Below are positions 26,718 to 31,247 of a stretch of 31,247 bases of DNA, one piece after another. The stretch is from NCBI GenBank assembly GCA_001784175.1, contig MFPR01000020.1:248001-279247 (forward strand), read 5' to 3'. Under the pieces are notes generated by a model. That model did not search any database, was not told the DNA's origin, and was given only the letters and a program-made list of their open reading frames with translations. A program made the translations under genes and the position numbers. The number at the start of each line of letters is the position of its first letter. Within the stretch, counting starts at the first letter, position 1. This DNA comes from Candidatus Lindowbacteria bacterium RIFCSPLOWO2_12_FULL_62_27. Lineage in GTDB: Bacteria; Lindowbacteria; 2-12-FULL-62-27.

Positions 26718-26730
26718 TGTCCCCGTTTAA

Positions 26731-28725
26731 CCGGACTTACGCACGAAAGTGGCGAAAACGCGCGTAAATAGGCCGTAGAGCGATTTTTCGGGTCAGGTCT
26801 GTACTACATTTGGCAATCCGGCCTCACTTTTTCCTGGAGAGGGATTCGTAGATGGGCGAGGAGTCTTCGTTGCTGTTCATCCGGGCGGCTCACCCTTCGC
26901 AGTCGCAGTAATTTCCCGTCTGTTGTCGGAAGCATAATATCCCCGCTTTTGATTTGGGACAGAATTCGCAACGCTTTTGCCGGAGAGACATCGTAGTCCT
27001 GATCAAACAGAACGCCCGAGTTTTTCAGTTGGTGTTTGAGCGTCACCCACAACGCGTAGCCGAGGAACGCCACAAGAATGTGGGCCTGCACCCGTTTTTT
27101 ATCGTGATGCCAAATCGGTCGCACGGATAAATCCCCTTTGATCGCCCGGAATGCCGCCTCGGCCTCCGTCAACTGGATATACATTTCCCAAACCTTGCCG
27201 GCGTCCAGTTCGCCGAGGTTGAAGGTTCGCAGCAGGTACGTCCCGTCCGTCAGTTCTGCCCATTTCAGGCGTTCGGCGTGATGCCACCATCTCATCGTCT
27301 TTTGATGTCGTCCCTTCAGTTCCCACCGATAAAATTTGCCCGCACTTGGATACCGTCCCAACAGACGGCCCACCGCCACATGAATTTTTTTCGTCTCCTT
27401 GATCTGCCCTTTCTCGACTCGCCGCCGCAGTCCATCCAATCCCTTCTCCATCGCCTTCATTACACGTCGCCGCATCGCGCTCTCTTTCTCCCTCCTCCCC
27501 GTCGACCGCGCCACGACAAACGTCTCATGCCGCTTCACGCGCGGCACCCGCAATACCTCCACCTCCTCCCTCACCTTCTCCCAACTCTTCGACAGCAGTT
27601 CCGTCTCCAACGCCTTCATCTCCGACCGCCTCACCCCAACCACATACGGCATCTTCCGCCGACGCAGCATCCTCAGATTCTTCTCCGATGTCACTCCCCG
27701 ATCAAACACCCAGATCCGACGCGCGCGGCCGTATCTGCGCTCGACCGCATTCAAAATCTCTTTCAGCGTCGTCACGTCCCGCCGGTTCCCGTCGAACACT
27801 TCGTACGCCAGCGGAAACCCCTCCGCACTCACAACCAGCGCCACCACCACTTGCTTGCAATCCGACCGATGATCCCGCGAGTATCCTCGCTGGGCCTGTG
27901 GATTGCCCGCAGCAGCTCCCTCAAAATATGTGCTCGTCAGGTCGTACAGCAACAGGTCATACGTGATCCCGAACAACTCCCCATACCGCTTTTTCAGAAA
28001 CGTCTCCAGCGCCTCCTTGTGTTCGTGCATCAGATCCAGACATCGATACAACCGGTCCGTGTTGATCTTCTCTTCCGCCACCTCCAGTATGTCGTCCAAG
28101 GCCGTCTGCCGATACCAGGTCTGTTCAATCCTCAATTCGCTGCCCGGCCCGCACAACCGGTTGATCGCCAGTACCGCCGCGATCCGACTCCACGGCACAT
28201 CCGCGTCCAGTCCGTCCAGACGCTGGGCGTAAAACCGATCCAGTCCCAGTCTCCGCCATAACATCCATCCCGCGTACACGTCCCCGTAATCCCGCGGCCG
28301 CTCCCAGTACACCTCATTCAGCCGCACCCGGGCCACGTTCGACTCCTTTGGAACCTCCGCCGCATCGTCTCCAAACAGAGAAAGCTCCCGGCTCTCTCCG
28401 CGGCCATCGATCACTTCGATCGTTTTTTGCCATTTGGATTTGCCAGTCCCGTTGATCTCACCCAGATAGCAGACCGTCCGGTGACGCGGCCCTCGGTCCG
28501 TCCGCACCGTCTCGCAGATCGAATAGTAGGCGTGATCCTTGCCGTCCTTGAATCGCGAATGCGTCTTCAGAAACATCGTATACACATTGCCACATTTTTC
28601 CGGCTCGGCAAGAAGGTAGGTCTGTACTACATCGCTTTTTCAGCCTTTTTGGAAAATTCTCAGAGGGAAAATAGAAAAACGAGCGTCAAAAATTCTATTT
28701 TTGGCCGTTTGGTGCGTAAGTTCGG
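26731..28725 (-). mobile_element. IS1634-family insertion sequence (~1995 bp)
   Basis: Terminal IRs CCGGACTTACGCAC / CCGAACTTACGCAC (13/14, imperfect to ~28 bp). TTAA on both flanks; single transposase ORF. Confidence 0.88.
26804..28576 (-). CDS. IS1634-family DDE transposase
   Basis: 'MFLK..KDGKDHAYYSICET.R...PRHRTVCYLG', 'YDLTSTYFEG', 'GYSRDHR.D..Q', 'VFDRG' and 'EAAFRAIK..L.VRPIWH'. Confidence 0.92.
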   Translation of the reverse strand: MFLKTHSRFKDGKDHAYYSICETVRTDRGPRHRTVCYLGEINGTGKSKWQKTIEVIDGRGESRELSLFGDDAAEVPKESNVARVRLNEVYWERPRDYGDVYAGWMLWRRLGLDRFYAQRLDGLDADVPWSRIAAVLAINRLCGPGSELRIEQTWYRQTALDDILEVAEEKINTDRLYRCLDLMHEHKEALETFLKKRYGELFGITYDLLLYDLTSTYFEGAAAGNPQAQRGYSRDHRSDCKQVVVALVVSAEGFPLAYEVFDGNRRDVTTLKEILNAVERRYGRARRIWVFDRGVTSEKNLRMLRRRKMPYVVGVRRSEMKALETELLSKSWEKVREEVEVLRVPRVKRHETFVVARSTGRREKESAMRRRVMKAMEKGLDGLRRRVEKGQIKETKKIHVAVGRLLGRYPSAGKFYRWELKGRHQKTMRWWHHAERLKWAELTDGTYLLRTFNLGELDAGKVWEMYIQLTEAEAAFRAIKGDLSVRPIWHHDKKRVQAHILVAFLGYALWVTLKHQLKNSGVLFDQDYDVSPAKALRILSQIKSGDIMLPTTDGKLLRLRRVSRPDEQQRRLLAHLRIPLQEKVRPDCQM

Positions 28726-28746
28726 TTAATACTGGGAGGTCTTGGC

Positions 28747-29094
28747 ATGTCCGACAATGGTAACGGCGAAAGCCGGTATTACGTGATTTTGAAAAACGAC
28801 GACGTCCACACGTTTAGCGAGGTCATCCGGATCCTGGAGCGGGTTCCGGGGAAGTCCCATGTCAGCGCGACGAACGTGGCCATCGCCGCCCATACCCTGC
28901 AGTTCGCCGCTGTCTATCGCGGTGACCTTGCGGGCGCCAATGTCCTGCACGCCGCGCTGACAAAACTCAGCCAAGACTACGAGCGCCTTGCCGACCACTG
29001 CATCGAATCGGAAGACAGCAAAAAATTTATCAAAGCCATCCGCCACTTCCGCACCGGCGACCGGCAGTTGGAAAAACTGCGAAAGCTTCTGTAA
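28747..29094 (+). CDS. ClpS-like N-degron adaptor domain protein with C-terminal extension
   Basis: 'YYVILKNDDVHTFSEVIRIL..A..VAIAAH..AAVY.G'; SD GGAGG. Confidence 0.7.
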   Translation: MSDNGNGESRYYVILKNDDVHTFSEVIRILERVPGKSHVSATNVAIAAHTLQFAAVYRGDLAGANVLHAALTKLSQDYERLADHCIESEDSKKFIKAIRHFRTGDRQLEKLRKLL

Positions 29095-29179
29095 TGTTCA
29101 GAATGAGGTTCAGCATCTTGCGGTAGAAGTCGTGGATGAAGTCTGTCGACGGCGACGGCAAAAAGCAAATGTTAAAATG

Positions 29180-29602
29180 TTAGTATCCGTCCCCACCCAC
29201 CCCGGGGGCCTTTTGCCGTTCACCGAGAATCTGGTGAACCAAATCCAAAAAGTCCCTGATGACGAATGGTTTTTTAAAATACCCGGCCAGATCCCGCTTG
29301 ATATTCATCCCTTCATGTTTCAACTGTCCGGCTGTTGTTTCCCTGGGTTGGGCTGAAATCATCATCACAGAAATCCGGCGCAATGCTTTTTTAGATTTCA
29401 GCATCGACAGGAATTTCACCCCGCCGATTCCCCCCGAACGCATGACATCTTGAATGAACAGATGGACGGTCCGGCGCCGGAGGATCGACAGCGCTTCGTC
29501 CTCGTCCGTCGTTCCAACGAATTCATAGCCGGCATCTTCGATGATCGCGCGGTATATTTTCAACGTGTCGCGGTCGTCATCAAGGCACAATATCTGTTTC
29601 AC
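29180..29602 (-). CDS. Single-domain response regulator (CheY-like receiver)
   Basis: 'ILCLDDD', phospho-Asp in 'IQDVM', 'MISA' and 'KKPF'. GTGA overlap with the upstream gene. Confidence 0.88.
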   Translation of the reverse strand: MKQILCLDDDRDTLKIYRAIIEDAGYEFVGTTDEDEALSILRRRTVHLFIQDVMRSGGIGGVKFLSMLKSKKALRRISVMMISAQPRETTAGQLKHEGMNIKRDLAGYFKKPFVIRDFLDLVHQILGERQKAPGVGGDGY

Positions 29603-29865
29603 ACGTGTATGGGCTTGTTTCCAATATATACGGATGCCAGGGCATTGGCCACTCGGTTGTATAATTCTGGCGGGATTTCATCGCCGACATTAATTTTTGC
29701 AGGCTCGGGGGCCAGCTTCGGATCCCCATAGGTGATCCCGCTCGGCAGATGTTCGACGGCCTCAATTGCCCGAACATCTTCCCATACGCCCGCCACCACG
29801 GGCGCCGCGTGTGCTCGTTCATCATAGTGGAGTTTAAAAATATCGCGCGGGAGGGTAGATGTCAC
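29599..29865 (-). CDS. FlhB C-terminal-like small protein (EscU/YscU/FlhB-related, FlhX/YlqH type), divergent
   Basis: 'LHYD....APVV', 'EH', 'DPKLA' and 'VGDEIPPELYNRVANALASVY' match the FlhB-CC pattern L.Y..AP.V...D..LA....GEEIP.ELY..VA..L..VY. Confidence 0.65.
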   Translation of the reverse strand: MTSTLPRDIFKLHYDERAHAAPVVAGVWEDVRAIEAVEHLPSGITYGDPKLAPEPAKINVGDEIPPELYNRVANALASVYIGNKPIHV

Positions 29866-30215
29866 GACTCGGTGGGCTTTGTCTTCATCAGGCGCCTGAT
29901 CAGATCATGATAGTGCGTCAGGTCGACCACGCTTACCCTAAAACCGGCGATGCGGAGGGTGCGGTAGATTTTGCGGGCGCGGTTGACGGGGCCGCCGTAG
30001 ACGACGGAGAGGCCGGCGAAGTGGGTTGACATGGCGACGTTGAACCCGAAGACCGGAGGCAGGCGGCATTCGAGCGAGATGGCGGCGATCACCTCGTCGA
30101 ACGAGTGGCGATCGTCGTTGTGGAGGATGACGAAGAATGGCCTGCGAGTGTCGGGGACGCGGCCGCCGTCGGCCGGCCGGCTGTTGTCGTCGCCGGATGC
30201 GTCATGGAGAGACAT
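29862..30215 (-). CDS. Second ClpS-like protein
   Basis: 'FFVILHNDDRHSFDEVIAAI..AMSTHFAGLSVVYGG..A'. Start reset to the ATG at 30215 after a G-rich SD. Confidence 0.72.
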   Translation of the reverse strand: MSLHDASGDDNSRPADGGRVPDTRRPFFVILHNDDRHSFDEVIAAISLECRLPPVFGFNVAMSTHFAGLSVVYGGPVNRARKIYRTLRIAGFRVSVVDLTHYHDLIRRLMKTKPTES

Positions 30216-30495
30216 ATTGCATGCCCCCTTTGTCCGACACGGCCGATGTGTCGATGTCACCGATGGCCAGCGACTCAAGACGGATGGTCTCCAACCTGGG
30301 AGTGCTTACTCGCGCAGAGGCCTCGGCGACGTAGAGCCGCGCCTGGTTCCAGCCATGGACGGCCTTTTCGATCACGAGAAATGCCAGGCTGCGGCCGTCG
30401 ACGTAGTTGCCGATGGACGTGAATGTCACGAGGATCCACAGCACCGCGAAGAACCGGAGGAATTCCTTGAATGGCCAAAACAGAAATCGCAACAT
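30202..30495 (-). CDS. Hypothetical small membrane-anchored protein
   Basis: SD AAGGGGG and a hydrophobic N-terminus. Overlaps the ClpS-like start by 14 nt. Confidence 0.6.
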   Translation of the reverse strand: MLRFLFWPFKEFLRFFAVLWILVTFTSIGNYVDGRSLAFLVIEKAVHGWNQARLYVAEASARVSTPRLETIRLESLAIGDIDTSAVSDKGGMQYVSP

Positions 30496-30545
30496 CTGTC
30501 ACACCCCCTTTGGGTATTTTGTTTCAGAAAGCGTCTGATCAGGAT

Positions 30546-30568
30546 AAACGCGGGATTTCCGCGTTTTT
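30546..30568. terminator. Hairpin in divergent intergenic region (terminator- or operator-like)
   Basis: AAACGCGG-GATTT-CCGCGTTT perfect 8-bp inverted repeat, followed by TT. Confidence 0.35.
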
Positions 30569-30648
30569 CCGGTTTGTCATTGCCGGAGAAATAATGGAAA
30601 TTCACCTGAAATCATCGTTTATTCAAGTTGGAAGGAGGTGGAGTGAAG

Positions 30649-31247
30649 ATGAGCCTCGATGCGACGATGTGGGAGAAGGCGGACGCAAGTTATCAGAATT
30701 ACCTCGCGTATATCGCCCGGAAGACGGACCGGTTTGAATTGACGCCGGCAGATCTTCTGTACGTAACCAATTTCAAAGGAGGAAACGCCGCCATCCATGA
30801 GACGGAGGCAACGATTCAGGACAAGCTGGTTGTCTATGCCGCCGCGATGAAGAGTTTGGAAGCAACGTTTGGCGGGAGGGCGATCAGCGACCTGAACAAA
30901 GAGGAACTCGGGGTTCTCAAAACCCGCGCGCAAGAATTCATCATGCTCTCAACGCGGGACCCGAGCGCCATCGATGGGTTCAAATGCGTCTACATGGCGG
31001 CTCTCCTCCATTTTTATTTTCCGCGGCTGACGCCCATCCTGGACAAACGGGTACTTGCGGGACTCGGGCTGCTTGTGAAATACGACAGGGACCGGCAGGT
31101 GACGGATATTTGGAAGCACTATTCGACACTGATTGAAGGATTTCACGTGTATTTAAAACTCATGCCCGCTAAGATAATTTCACGACGTTTGGAAGCGGGA
31201 GAGGGATTTCCAGCGTCTGCGGGCTTTGCAGAATCGACGCTTCCGCC
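30649..31247 (+). CDS. Hypothetical protein with helix-hairpin-helix DNA-glycosylase-like motif; 3' end outside window
   Basis: Not in the ORF track because it has no stop in the window. SD AAGGAGG; hand translation gives MSLDATMWEKADASYQNYLAYIARK...IDGFKCVYMAALLHFYFPRLTPILDKRVLAGL... Confidence 0.65.
   Translation, partial: MSLDATMWEKADASYQNYLAYIARKTDRFELTPADLLYVTNFKGGNAAIHETEATIQDKLVVYAAAMKSLEATFGGRAISDLNKEELGVLKTRAQEFIMLSTRDPSAIDGFKCVYMAALLHFYFPRLTPILDKRVLAGLGLLVKYDRDRQVTDIWKHYSTLIEGFHVYLKLMPAKIISRRLEAGEGFPASAGFAESTLP

Noticed and set aside
27278-28261. 327-aa + strand ORF within the IS
   Set aside because: Antisense shadow of the transposase.
1-31247. tRNA/rRNA genes
   Set aside because: No cloverleaf or rRNA-like segment was seen in the few intergenic gaps.

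Overview
GC-rich bacterial chromosomal segment; the lineage cannot be identified from sequence alone. (1) 1-7963: 3' part of an FtsI-like transpeptidase coupled to two Maf/DUF115 proteins, an antisense TPR lipoprotein, a GT-C-like membrane protein and a rhomboid protease. A LysR regulator faces away from a small CxxC/CxxC Zn-ribbon gene plus ssb. (2) 7993-25828: a sigma70 promoter and a short structured leader ending in an intrinsic terminator, then a tightly packed ~17.7 kb + strand run. It holds three SDR sugar epimerases, a nucleotide-sugar dehydrogenase, WecA/MraY-like, LPG-synthase-like flippase, nucleotidyltransferase, ahcY, a GAF/PAS kinase with a sigma54 NtrC-type regulator, a class III CoA transferase, a split methylmalonyl-CoA mutase interrupted by a lipoprotein, a MeaB-methylmalonyl-CoA epimerase fusion, a PNKP-type HAD (Asp->Asn) and an alkaline-phosphatase-superfamily protein. 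(3) 25830-end: accessory region. A RelE/ParE toxin-antitoxin pair sits between two copies of a structured REP-like repeat with an 81-bp identical core. Next come a complete IS1634-family element, two atypical ClpS-like genes in a module with an FlhB-C-terminal-like protein and a single-domain receiver, and an untracked ORF with an HhH-glycosylase-like motif that runs off the window. Best candidates for new biology: the repeat-bounded gene cassette, the ClpS/FlhB-C/receiver module, the terminator-ended leader RNA and the LysR/Zn-ribbon/SSB unit. All family calls come from motif recognition by eye; no database search was run.
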